Positions 41,450 to 50,911 of a stretch of DNA of 64,000 bases are shown piece after piece (within the stretch, counting starts at the first letter, position 1; every line of letters begins with the position of its first letter). The notes under the pieces were generated by a model. That model did not search any database. It was not told the DNA's origin and saw nothing but the letters and a program-made list of their open reading frames with translations. Where the stretch lies: the NCBI GenBank assembly GCA_965218795.1, contig OZ244653.1:4544001-4608000 (forward strand), given 5' to 3'. Both the position numbers and the translations under genes were made by a program. This DNA comes from a bacterium. GTDB taxonomy: Bacteria > UBA8248 > JACPRG01 > G963555815.

Positions 41450-42739
41450 CTATTTGCCCTCAGGTCGTTCCAGATTGAAGAGCTTCAGCGAGGTCTCTCC
41501 CAAAATGTTCCGCTTGGCCTGGTCGGTCAAGAAGGGCAGATCGAGAATCATGCTCGGCAGATCGAAATCCCAGTGCGGCCAATCCGACGCATAGAGCAGC
41601 TGGCTTTCCGCGTTGATCATTCTGCATGTGACTTCCAGCGCGCCCGGGTCGTTTCTCTCCAGGGGCTGCGAGGAATAATACATCTCCCTCATGTATTCGC
41701 TGGGCAATCGCTTGAGGAGGGGCGCCTCGGAGGTGCGCATCAGATATTCGTTGTCCAGGCGCTGCATCATAAACGGAACCCAGGCCAGACCGCTTTCGAT
41801 CCACATGACTTTCAGGCCCGGAAAACGCTCCGGGACGCCATTGAGGATCCAGTTGCTCATATGGAGCATGTTCCAGAAGACAAAGCCCAGGGCATGCACG
41901 CCGATGAACCGATTGAGCTGGGCCATGGCTGGTTCCGTCCACGAATATCCGCCGTGGAAGGCGAGGGGCAGGCCCCGCTCCTGAAGGGCCGCATACAGTT
42001 TCATATACTGATTGTGGTGGATCGGCTTGTTCCGGACGCTGGTGACCATGAAACCGATCACGCCGGGCTCCCCGGCGAACTCTTCAATGGTCTTCAGCGC
42101 GGCGTCCGGCTCGCTGATCGGCAGGTACAGCATGGATTTGAGGCGGTGGTCGCTCTTGAGGATTTTTTCCACCAGCCAGCGGTTGTAGGCACGGGCGAGC
42201 AGAACCTCCATGTCGGTCTGGGGATGCATGCCCAGATTCAGCATCCCGGTCGGGAACACCACCATGTAGTCGATGCCGATACATTCCATGGCGCGCCGGG
42301 AGAGGACCACGTCCCTGTGCACGTCCGTCTCTTCGACGGCTTCCCGGCGATCCGAGTGATGCGAGATGCGCCCGCCCACGTCCTGGTACCGCATGCCCAG
42401 GTTTCCGTACATGCCATAGGGAGGGGCGCCCACCCTGGATTCGTGGTACTCCTTGGCTTGGTATCGGATGACGGGATCCTCGATGTATTCGACGACATCG
42501 TTCCATGAGGCCACCTCGACATGGTGGGAATCGATGTCGACGATCACGTAGTTTCCCAGGTTCAGCTCTTCCGCTTGCCGCTGAGCGTGAAGCAGGATGT
42601 CGCGCGTGTCGGTATAGACATCGAACTGTCTGACCGGCATTTCATGAATCGATTGGACTTCGGAACTCATCCGTTTCGTTCCCGTTTCTCCCGACAGTGA
42701 TTCCTGTGCAGGGATGGTGTTTACGCTTGGTCCGCTCAC
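41450..42739 (-). CDS. Amidohydrolase_2-fold protein (possible dinuclear oxygenase)
   Basis: DIDSH, RAYNRW, AFH, ESG, ASDWPHWD. Confidence 0.85.
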   Translation of the reverse strand: MSGPSVNTIPAQESLSGETGTKRMSSEVQSIHEMPVRQFDVYTDTRDILLHAQRQAEELNLGNYVIVDIDSHHVEVASWNDVVEYIEDPVIRYQAKEYHESRVGAPPYGMYGNLGMRYQDVGGRISHHSDRREAVEETDVHRDVVLSRRAMECIGIDYMVVFPTGMLNLGMHPQTDMEVLLARAYNRWLVEKILKSDHRLKSMLYLPISEPDAALKTIEEFAGEPGVIGFMVTSVRNKPIHHNQYMKLYAALQERGLPLAFHGGYSWTEPAMAQLNRFIGVHALGFVFWNMLHMSNWILNGVPERFPGLKVMWIESGLAWVPFMMQRLDNEYLMRTSEAPLLKRLPSEYMREMYYSSQPLERNDPGALEVTCRMINAESQLLYASDWPHWDFDLPSMILDLPFLTDQAKRNILGETSLKLFNLERPEGK

Positions 42740-43101
42740 AGCGAAACGTAGACCTCGCCGTTACGCACGGTCACATCAAGCTTCTTGAGCCGAAGCTTCG
42801 CCTTGCCCGGATGGGCGCCGGTCTCCAGGTTGTATTCAAAACCGTGCCAGGGACAAACGATATGGATGTGATCCTCCGAGAATCTCAGCCCCTGACTGGT
42901 CCCATCCCGTGCCAGCACTTCTTCCACCTTTGGGATGATCTTGCCCTGGCAAACCGGGCCCCCTTGGTGAACACAGTGGTTGTGAAAGGCGTGAAAGGCG
43001 CCCTTGATGCGGAAGATTCCGATCTCCTGTCCGTCCATGATCAGGATTTTCCGGTCGCCTTCCTGATAATCTATCTCGCTCCCCGCATAGAGCTCCGGCA
43101 C
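42736..43101 (-). CDS. Rieske [2Fe-2S] ferredoxin
   Basis: CVHQG and CPWHG; GTG after AAGGAG. Confidence 0.92.
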   Translation of the reverse strand: MPELYAGSEIDYQEGDRKILIMDGQEIGIFRIKGAFHAFHNHCVHQGGPVCQGKIIPKVEEVLARDGTSQGLRFSEDHIHIVCPWHGFEYNLETGAHPGKAKLRLKKLDVTVRNGEVYVSL

Positions 43102-43365
43102 GCGCAACTCCTTTGAGATTCCTGTTTGAGACTCTTGGGGTGTATGCCCTCCCATTCAGCATCGAGACACAACCGCCTCACCATGAAGCATGCGCCCATC
43201 CGTGGTCATTCAACGAAAAGGCGATCATCTTCATGTCTCAACCGGAGAGACCTCCGCCCGACTCTCGTATGGTGATTTCGCCCGTTTAACCCATTTCACG
43301 GAGCCGTGTCAACAAGATTATTCGAGGCCCCGAGTGCGGCCGGTCGGAACCCCGTCTCCGGCCGG

Positions 43366-44379
43366 CTAATCGATCAGCTTCTCGGACAGGTAGGGCACCT
43401 CGATCTTGCCGGCCATCAGATCTTTCTCCATGGCCCGGATCCGTTGCGCAATGTCGGAAGAGACCTTGCGGTTGAACGGCGCCAGCGTGGCCCCGCCCTC
43501 CCGAAAGCCGAGCAGATAGGCCTTCTTGACATCCCCCTTCATGATGTCCAGAACGAGCCGCTTCAGGGGTGCATGCCAGCCGTACACAATGCTGGTGATG
43601 ACGGTGTCCGGCGCCGTGCCGTTCACGTCCAGATAGTCCCCAAGGGCGTACACGCCCCGTTCCTCTGCGGCCTTGATCGCCCCGAACAGCATCGGGCTGC
43701 CCGTTCCGACGACCACATCCGCGCCCTGGTCGATCATGGCGAAGGCGGCCTCCTTGCCCTTGGAGACGTCCGACCAACTGCTGATGAACACGGTATTCAC
43801 CTGGATGTCGGGGATCACCGCACGGGCGCCCAATTTATAGCTGTTATGCTCGGCGAATTGCTGGGGGATGGGGAACCCGGCGATGGAACCGATCTTCTTG
43901 CTCTTGCTCATCAGGGCGGACAGGGCGCCGGCCAGGTAAAAGGCCTCGTGGGGTTGAGGCCCGTAGGTCACCACGTTCGGAAGCCCCTCGGTCTGGAAGA
44001 AATAGGGCACGGCGAACACAGTCTTTCGAAATTCGCGGGCCACCTTGACGGAGGGCACCCCAAACTCGAAGCTGTGCCCGATAACGAGGTCGTATCCCTC
44101 CACGGCCCACCGGCGCAGCGTCCGCTCGATGTCGGGATTCTGGATTTTCTCGTGGAAGGTGAACGCCTCCAAGCCGGGGTCTTCCTTGAGCTTCACGGCC
44201 CCGTTATACCCGCTCTGAGCCCAGCCGAGATCCTTGATGGGGCCGTTGAACGCGATCCCCACGCGGAGCTTTTTCGCCGCGACACCAAGGCCGGCCATGA
44301 GCCCCCCTGCAAGTACGATGGCCAGCACTCCCGCGGCCTTACGGAAACCTCTACGGGAAATCGGCATGCGCTTCTTCAT
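43366..44379 (-). CDS. Orphan BMP-family substrate-binding protein
   Basis: DLGWAQ, GHSFEF, YLAGALSA, VITS. Confidence 0.9.
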   Translation of the reverse strand: MKKRMPISRRGFRKAAGVLAIVLAGGLMAGLGVAAKKLRVGIAFNGPIKDLGWAQSGYNGAVKLKEDPGLEAFTFHEKIQNPDIERTLRRWAVEGYDLVIGHSFEFGVPSVKVAREFRKTVFAVPYFFQTEGLPNVVTYGPQPHEAFYLAGALSALMSKSKKIGSIAGFPIPQQFAEHNSYKLGARAVIPDIQVNTVFISSWSDVSKGKEAAFAMIDQGADVVVGTGSPMLFGAIKAAEERGVYALGDYLDVNGTAPDTVITSIVYGWHAPLKRLVLDIMKGDVKKAYLLGFREGGATLAPFNRKVSSDIAQRIRAMEKDLMAGKIEVPYLSEKLID

Positions 44380-44431
44380 GAGATAATCCTCCTCTCTATC
44401 CCGGCGTTGGGTAAGCGGCGCGATCCTGTCC

Positions 44432-44539
44432 GACCTGACCCGTCAGAGGCGCGCCAGAGCATTTCGTCGGCCGAGATGTCGCACCCCTTCAGATTCCATC
44501 CCCGACGCAGTCTATTGTGTCATGAACCGGGGACGCCGG
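44432..44539 (+). pseudogene. N-terminal remnant of RAYT-like transposase with GACCTGACCC motif
   Basis: ATG 44476 MSHPFR, then frameshifted PDAVYCVMNRGRR (cf. PGAVYHVMNRG). Confidence 0.5.
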
Positions 44540-44626
44540 ATAGTCGTCCAGAGCCTGTCGTTCGCCTACGTCCCCGAGGGCGGGGCAGTGAAGGATGATG
44601 AAACGCCGCTTTGACTGGCGCCCCCC

Positions 44627-45706
44627 CTGGCCGAAGCCATTCAGTACCGCTCGCTCGACAGGGAAGTGATGGCGTGAAGGTGTCGTGAGAGGAAAGCCGC
44701 GCCGCCGCGGCTTGGCCCCGTGTTGGAACGCGACTCCGGCCCCGTTACCTGAAAGCGGGTCATACGGATCAGGTCTATCATTCGCCAATCAAGGACGTGT
44801 CCCCATCGAGACTCCGCTCTGTGGGGATTTCTTTGACCCGACTTCTCGGCGGAATGCATTCGGGAGACAGCGCCTGGGGGGGCGTGTTTGTCGTGAAGTA
44901 TTGACAAGGAGAGCCATGGAATGACAGTTCTCGTTGAAAAGAAGGACCGGATCCTTACGTTGACCATCAATCGGCCGGAGGCGATGAACTCTCTGGATCC
45001 CGAGACGAGGAGCCGGCTGTGCGAGTGCTTCGATGAATATCGAGAGGACAATGACTTGTGGGTTGCAATCCTGACCGGGGCCGGCGAGCGATCGTTCTGT
45101 GCGGGAGCGGACATCAAGAAGACGATCGGCGCCTCATTGAGTCAGGACGTGTGGAGCCGGCGAAAACCCTTCGTTCACGCGAAGGATCTGTACACCGTTC
45201 TCGAGTCCGTGACCAAACCGGTCATTGCCGCCGTCAACGGCTATGCCCTCGGCGGTGGGCTGGAGTTGGCCCTTTGCTGTGATATCCGAATCGCTTCGGC
45301 AACGGCCGGCTTCGGTCTTCCCGAGGTGGGGCTCGGTATCATTCCCGGCGCGGGCGGGACCCAGCGTCTCTCGCGGGTCGTCGGGGTCGGCCACGCCTTG
45401 AACCTGATCCTGATGGGGAAGCGGATCGATTCACAGGAGGCTTACCGAATCGGTTTGGTCAGTCGCGTCGTCGCTCCGGGAGCGTTGATGGACGCGGCGC
45501 AGGACGCGGCCGAGACGCTCTGCAAGCGCGGACCGCTCGCAGTGCGATTCGCCAAAGAGGCCGTCCTCAAAGGGGCCGATATGACGCTGCGGGACGGGCT
45601 TGTGCTGGAGAACCTTCTGTCGAACCTTCTCCGGGGAACCGAGGACGCCGCCGAGGCAGCCAAGGCGTTCGCCGAAAAGCGGCCGCCCCAATTCAAGGGA
45701 GAATAG
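44627..45706 (+). repeat. 1080-bp direct repeat, copy 2
   Basis: Offset 35751 from copy 1; ends exactly at the ECH TAG. Confidence 0.92.
44921..45706 (+). CDS. Enoyl-CoA hydratase/isomerase, copy 2
   Basis: Identical 261-aa translation to 9170-9955. Confidence 0.93.
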   Translation: MTVLVEKKDRILTLTINRPEAMNSLDPETRSRLCECFDEYREDNDLWVAILTGAGERSFCAGADIKKTIGASLSQDVWSRRKPFVHAKDLYTVLESVTKPVIAAVNGYALGGGLELALCCDIRIASATAGFGLPEVGLGIIPGAGGTQRLSRVVGVGHALNLILMGKRIDSQEAYRIGLVSRVVAPGALMDAAQDAAETLCKRGPLAVRFAKEAVLKGADMTLRDGLVLENLLSNLLRGTEDAAEAAKAFAEKRPPQFKGE

Positions 45707-45904
45707 TAAGTGTGCAAACGGAGCCGCAGTAGAAATGGGCTGCGTCCCATCGACGAGACAGGCGACGTCGAACTTGCTCACGCCTGATACCGGTCGTCCG
45801 ATCGCTCGGCAAACGCGCAAAACGCTTGTGCGGCCGGTGCGGCGTCAATCTCTTTGATATTCCCGCATGACCGTATTCCTCAAGCAGCACAACGATCGGC
45901 CTGC

Positions 45905-47146
45905 CTAAAAACTGTAACTCAAGCTCAACTCGACGAAGCTGTCGCGTCGCGTCTCATAGAGGGGGTCCGTTTCGCCGACAATGGGAAGAGCGAACGCCTC
46001 CAGGCGCAGAGACCACTGATCCGAGAGACGCCGGTTCAATTCGACAGTCAGAGCGCGCGTGGCATAGTCCGCGTCCCCCAGAAGGCCGGCGAGGAGTTCG
46101 GTGCTCTGAACGTCGTTGAATGCAAGGCGCACGGCCAGGAAGAGATCGTTCTGGAACTTATTGGTCGCATTTCGGCCCCGCCCGTCGTGATTCCATTCGC
46201 CGAGCAGGCCGAGATCGGCGGCCGAGCCCAAAACGGAATAGAAGGTGTATTCGCCGCCGAGAACGAAAGCGGCGTAGTCCTCTTCCTCGCCAAGACGGTT
46301 TCGGGCGCCGGCGCGATGAATGGCCTCCAGCTTGAACAACCACGCATCGGCCGTGAGCTGGGCGTCCAGTCCGAACTGGCGGATCTGCTCGTAGAACTGA
46401 ACCAGGACGACTGACGCATCAATCAGTCCAGGGCGCAGAAAAGGCTCCCGGCTGGTGCCGTCGAATACGCTCAGGCCGATATCGAAAGGGCCGAAACTGT
46501 GGCTGTAGCGCGCGGCGAAATCCCAATGCCATTCCTCCTCCGCGCTTTCATACTCGACATGCTCATCGTCCACGACGAGCGAGGAGCGCAGGCGGCCATG
46601 GCGGCCGGGAAAGGTGCGCGCGCGGTGATAGGGCAGGGCGAAAAGCTCCATCGCGCCCCAATCGCCGGACCAGGTGACATGGGCCATCGGCTGCCCGAGC
46701 TTGGCCTCTTCGTTTGGATGTTCGATGAGGTCGGTCTGGTTGACGATGTCGACCAAGTGGTGCGATTCGGCGACGCCCCAGAACACCCGGTCCACGCCCA
46801 GGCGCAACTCCCATTCGCCAGAGCCGATTTCACCGAATAGAAGAATGTAGGCTTCGCGCAGATCGGCATGGGTGCGGCGCGAGTCCGCGAGGTCGTAGCG
46901 AAAGAAGGGCGCCAGCGTCAGGCTCCAGCTCCCCTCGTTTTTCAGGTACATCTTCGGAGCTAAGACGAAGCCGCTCGCGTGTGGGCGCTGCTCGGAATGA
47001 GCGCCGGCTTCGGGATACCACCGGCTTTCGACGCTCACGCGCCCGGAAAATGCGTGCTCGATGCTCTCGGCCCCGTCGTCCGCTCCGGCGAAAAGGAGTG
47101 TGGCCAATATCAACAAGACGGCGACGAGCGCCGCGCGGTGCGGCAT
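45905..47146 (-). CDS. Outer-membrane beta-barrel protein
   Basis: Signal peptide from ATG 47146, DLREAY, VFWG, terminal LSYSF. Confidence 0.8.
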   Translation of the reverse strand: MPHRAALVAVLLILATLLFAGADDGAESIEHAFSGRVSVESRWYPEAGAHSEQRPHASGFVLAPKMYLKNEGSWSLTLAPFFRYDLADSRRTHADLREAYILLFGEIGSGEWELRLGVDRVFWGVAESHHLVDIVNQTDLIEHPNEEAKLGQPMAHVTWSGDWGAMELFALPYHRARTFPGRHGRLRSSLVVDDEHVEYESAEEEWHWDFAARYSHSFGPFDIGLSVFDGTSREPFLRPGLIDASVVLVQFYEQIRQFGLDAQLTADAWLFKLEAIHRAGARNRLGEEEDYAAFVLGGEYTFYSVLGSAADLGLLGEWNHDGRGRNATNKFQNDLFLAVRLAFNDVQSTELLAGLLGDADYATRALTVELNRRLSDQWSLRLEAFALPIVGETDPLYETRRDSFVELSLSYSF

Positions 47147-47964
47147 CAGCGCGCCCGTTTCAGCCCGGTCCTGGTGAAGTCGCGGTCTTTCAGTTGGGTG
47201 CGGAACTTGAAATCCTTCCAGGTCAACACGGTGCTCTTGCCCGTTAAGTGGTTCACCATCGTCATTTCGCCGGCCTGCCAGTAACGATCCAGGTACTGCT
47301 TGTAGTTCCCCACGGTGAGCGTCTTCAGATGCGCGTTCTTGCGGTCGTAGTACTGCACCTTCCAGACGCGAAGCTCGTCCTTGTCTTGCCAGACGATTTG
47401 GCGTCGGTAGCCCGACCTCTTGTTCACCGGGAAGCGTTCGGAGACCGTGCAGGTCAGTTTGCCGCAAGGCTCGTCGCGCAGATAGCGGTAGGTGTATTTC
47501 TCCACCTCCTGGGCGCCCATGTCCTCATAGGCGAATTCGCTGCCCATGAAGGAACCGGAGCGGTTCGACGAACTGATGCGCTTGACCCGCTTCAGAGCGG
47601 GCAGGTAGAGCCATTGATCATCGTTGGCCTTCCTGCGGGCATGGACGAGCAGCGCGGTGCCCTTGACGTCGCGCGGACGATCGAAGACGAACAGGGTCTT
47701 GTCGCCGGCTTCGGCGACCTCGAGAACCTTCACGCGGAGTTGGCGCCGGCTCTCCTGTCCATGCTTGTTGCGCAGCACCATGATCTGGTTGACCGTGAAA
47801 TTTCCGAAACCTCGCGCTCGCTCGCGGGTCTCGCGCGCGATCTTCAGTCCTTTTTCCTCGGGGGTCGCGGAACGCGCGAGTGGCGGCGCACCCAGACAAG
47901 CCAAAAAGGTCAGGCAAGGCGCGAGAAACAAGAGCGCCGATCGGGTGGAGAAAGCGGGAGTCAT
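47146..47964 (-). CDS. LolA-like outer-membrane lipoprotein-sorting protein
   Basis: PRDVKGTALL, DDQWLYLPALKRVKRI, FMGSEFAYED. Confidence 0.9.
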   Translation of the reverse strand: MTPAFSTRSALLFLAPCLTFLACLGAPPLARSATPEEKGLKIARETRERARGFGNFTVNQIMVLRNKHGQESRRQLRVKVLEVAEAGDKTLFVFDRPRDVKGTALLVHARRKANDDQWLYLPALKRVKRISSSNRSGSFMGSEFAYEDMGAQEVEKYTYRYLRDEPCGKLTCTVSERFPVNKRSGYRRQIVWQDKDELRVWKVQYYDRKNAHLKTLTVGNYKQYLDRYWQAGEMTMVNHLTGKSTVLTWKDFKFRTQLKDRDFTRTGLKRAR

Positions 47965-50255
47965 GATTGTTTCCTATCGATAGCCATCAGCAGAGGCGGG
48001 AGAAGCAGGAAATCGGCGAGGATTGCAAAGGCGAGCGTGATCGTAACCAAAAGGCCGAGCGCCCAACTGACCTCGAATCCCGAGAAGATGAACACCAGGA
48101 AGCCCGCAGACAGAACCGCGGTCGTGGTCCATAACGCGTGACCGACGGTGCGGAAGGTTGCGTGCACGGCCTCGGGCGCTGCAAGGCCCTGCTCGCGGCG
48201 CGCTTTCAGATATCTGCTCAGGAAATGTATCGTATCGTCCACGACGATGCCAAAGGCGGCGGCGGTGACCACCGAGGCGGCTATGCCCACACGGCCGACC
48301 AGATAGCCCCACAGACCGAAGCTCATGGCCGCGGGAATGAAATTGGGCACCAGACTGATAAGGCCTAAGCGCAAACTTTTAAAGACCCAGATCAGGATGA
48401 GCGAAATGAGGCACATGCCGAAGATTGTGCCGCGCAGCATGCCGTCGATGTTTCGCTTGGAAATATGAGCGAATATTACGCTGAGGCCCGAGGCTTCGGA
48501 GACCATATCGGGCGCGTTGGCCCGGAGCCACGTATCGGCGCGCGCGACCAGCTCGCGCTGCTTCCGGGCTGACAGATTGCGAGCCACGACGGTCATGCGC
48601 GTGGCGGACTTGGCGACGTCGATGCGGTTGTTGAGGTCGTTGCCGAACGGTAGCGACAGTTCGTAGAGCAACAGGTACTGCGCGGCGAGCTCCGGATTGT
48701 CGGGCAACCGGTAGTACGCTGGATCGTCGCCGTGCATGTTCTTGTTCAGACGCTTCATGATGTCCGGGAAGGCTTGGACGTGGCTCACTTCCGGCTGCTT
48801 CCGGTACCATTCGGCGAAAGCATCGACTTTGCGCAGGTAATCTGGACCCGTGACGCCGTCCTGGCGTCCCGCGCTGAGCGAATATTCCAGTGTTTCCATA
48901 CCGGTCAGATTCTCGATGACGAAGTCCGTATCGCGCCGGAACTCATAGCGCTTGTCGAAGTACCGCGTCCAGTTGTCGCTGAGCTCGTTGCGGGGGATAC
49001 CGGCGACCAGGCCGACGGCCAGGGCGACTACGGTCCACAGCAGGAATTTGCGGCGCGCGACGACGAAGGCGCCGAACCTGTCAAAGAACGCCGGCCGTTC
49101 AACGTCGGCGGAAGACGCGCGCAACGGCAGGATCGAAAGCATCGCCGGCAGGAGGGTCATGGAGTAGAAGAAGGCGCAGAGCACGCCGAACGCCACGAGA
49201 TTGCCCAAAACGTGAAAAGGCGGCGAATCCGAGAAATTCAGGCTGAGGAACCCGATTGCGGTCGTGACCGTGGTCAGGAGCACGGGATACGCATTGACGC
49301 GGAGAGATTCCACGATCGCCGCGTCTTTATCCAGACCCCGACGCAGACCCATCATCGCGGCCTCGATGATGTGAACCGCATGGGCGACGGCAACCGTCAT
49401 GACGATGATCGGCACGCCTGCGTTGGTGGGGCTGAACACCGTGCCAATCCAGCCTGCGAACCCCATGGTGGTCGTGACGGTGAATCCAAGGATGACAACG
49501 ACGTCGAGGGTGCCGAATGCCGAGCGCAAGAGAACGAGCATGGCGGCCACGATGACGAGGAAAACGATCGGTCCGAGGGTCGAGAGATCATCCTTCGTGG
49601 CGTCGGCGAAGGCGCGGTTCATGACGACATCGCCGGTCAGGTGATACTCGATGTCGGGATGGCGCGCGCGCGCTTCGTTCAGCATGGCGTGGAGATAATC
49701 GGTGATCTCCACCACCGCAGCGTCCGGGTTGTCGGGCAGAACGAAATTGATCGCCAATCCGGCCGTGCGTCCGTCGTGCGCGACCAGACGTCCGGCAATC
49801 TCGATTTCGTTCAGCGCTATCCTCTTGATGCGCGCCAAGTCGGCATCGCTCAGGGATTGTGCGCCATCGACGAGCGGCTCGACGATCAAATCGTCCCCCT
49901 CCGCCCGGCTGTGGGTATAGTTGGTAAGAGAGTCGACCCGGCTGGAATGAGGCGCCTTCCACGCGGATTCGGTCAACTTCTCGACCGCGCCCAGCGCCTC
50001 GCGGGTGAACGCCGTGCCCTCTCGGGGCGTGATGGCGATGAGCGCCGTATTGCTCTCGGAGTAGGTGTTCTCCAAGGCATTGAAAGCGGCGAGTTGCGGG
50101 TTGTCTTCGCCGAACATGATATTGCGATCATTGGTGACGACGATGAAGCGCCCACCGCTCGCGGTGAGTAACATGATCAGCAGGCTGAGCGCGGCGACCA
50201 GCCATCGATAGCGCAGAATGGCGGCGGCGTAGCGGTCCAATGACATAAGGGTCAT
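47961..50255 (-). CDS. MMPL/RND-family transporter
   Basis: LTTVTTAIGFLS, GIVVDDTIHF, ADFLLLP. Confidence 0.92.
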   Translation of the reverse strand: MTLMSLDRYAAAILRYRWLVAALSLLIMLLTASGGRFIVVTNDRNIMFGEDNPQLAAFNALENTYSESNTALIAITPREGTAFTREALGAVEKLTESAWKAPHSSRVDSLTNYTHSRAEGDDLIVEPLVDGAQSLSDADLARIKRIALNEIEIAGRLVAHDGRTAGLAINFVLPDNPDAAVVEITDYLHAMLNEARARHPDIEYHLTGDVVMNRAFADATKDDLSTLGPIVFLVIVAAMLVLLRSAFGTLDVVVILGFTVTTTMGFAGWIGTVFSPTNAGVPIIVMTVAVAHAVHIIEAAMMGLRRGLDKDAAIVESLRVNAYPVLLTTVTTAIGFLSLNFSDSPPFHVLGNLVAFGVLCAFFYSMTLLPAMLSILPLRASSADVERPAFFDRFGAFVVARRKFLLWTVVALAVGLVAGIPRNELSDNWTRYFDKRYEFRRDTDFVIENLTGMETLEYSLSAGRQDGVTGPDYLRKVDAFAEWYRKQPEVSHVQAFPDIMKRLNKNMHGDDPAYYRLPDNPELAAQYLLLYELSLPFGNDLNNRIDVAKSATRMTVVARNLSARKQRELVARADTWLRANAPDMVSEASGLSVIFAHISKRNIDGMLRGTIFGMCLISLILIWVFKSLRLGLISLVPNFIPAAMSFGLWGYLVGRVGIAASVVTAAAFGIVVDDTIHFLSRYLKARREQGLAAPEAVHATFRTVGHALWTTTAVLSAGFLVFIFSGFEVSWALGLLVTITLAFAILADFLLLPPLLMAIDRKQS

Positions 50256-50413
50256 CTGTATAACCAGGCTTCTTTCCTCACAGGTTGGATCAACTCTTGC
50301 CCGTGTCTATGGGGTCGGCTGCCCATGTTGCGACAGTCCTGATGAGGACGCTCGTTGTTGGAGAACTTCAGGTACTCGTCCAGGTCCTTCCCTCGCAACC
50401 CGCCCTATGTTGC

Positions 50414-50630
50414 CTGGATTCCTGTTGCAGCCTGCCCTCGAATGTCTTAGTCGAGGGGCCTGCCCCTGCACGCATTCGGCAGGCCAGCGGGAATGACGGG
50501 TTGGGAATCCTAGTGGCGGGTGTGGAGGCGTCGCCCCTGCAACCTGGATTCCCGCCACAGCCTGTCCCCGAAGGTTTTAGTCGGGGGCGGGAATGACAAG
50601 CGACTAAGACATTCGAGGGCAGGCCCCGAT
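50414..50630. repeat. Cluster of composite REP units
   Basis: TGGATTCC..GGAATGAC containing GCCTGCCCTCGAATGTCTTAGTCGAGGG; inverted copy at about 50601-50625. Confidence 0.8.
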
Positions 50631-50698
50631 ACGTTGCCCAGGGCCTCGGCTAGTTGCAGAGCGCTGAGTCGCTGCTTCACAACCTTCTTCTCTGCCAT
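50628..50698 (-). pseudogene. IS481-family transposase N-terminal stub
   Basis: MAEKKVVKQRLSALQLAEALGNVS, cut by a REP. Confidence 0.6.
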
Positions 50699-50911
50699 CC
50701 TCCTTCTCTGTCATCCGGGGGATCTCGCTCCCCCTTTGCAAGATATCATTTGTTCGGGAAGATGCCTGGAAGTACACATACCGGCTGGAAGCGGCGGCGG
50801 GCCCACCGACGCGAGTGCGCGCGGCCAACTGCGGATGACTTCGTTCCATCTGGCCGAATCTCTGCTTCCTGTTACCGTACGGAGTCGGTTGCGCCGCAGG
50901 CGCAAGCATTT

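Noticed and set aside
50700-50910. Possible TetR remnant
   Set aside because: Only vague similarity (RYVYF); not supportable
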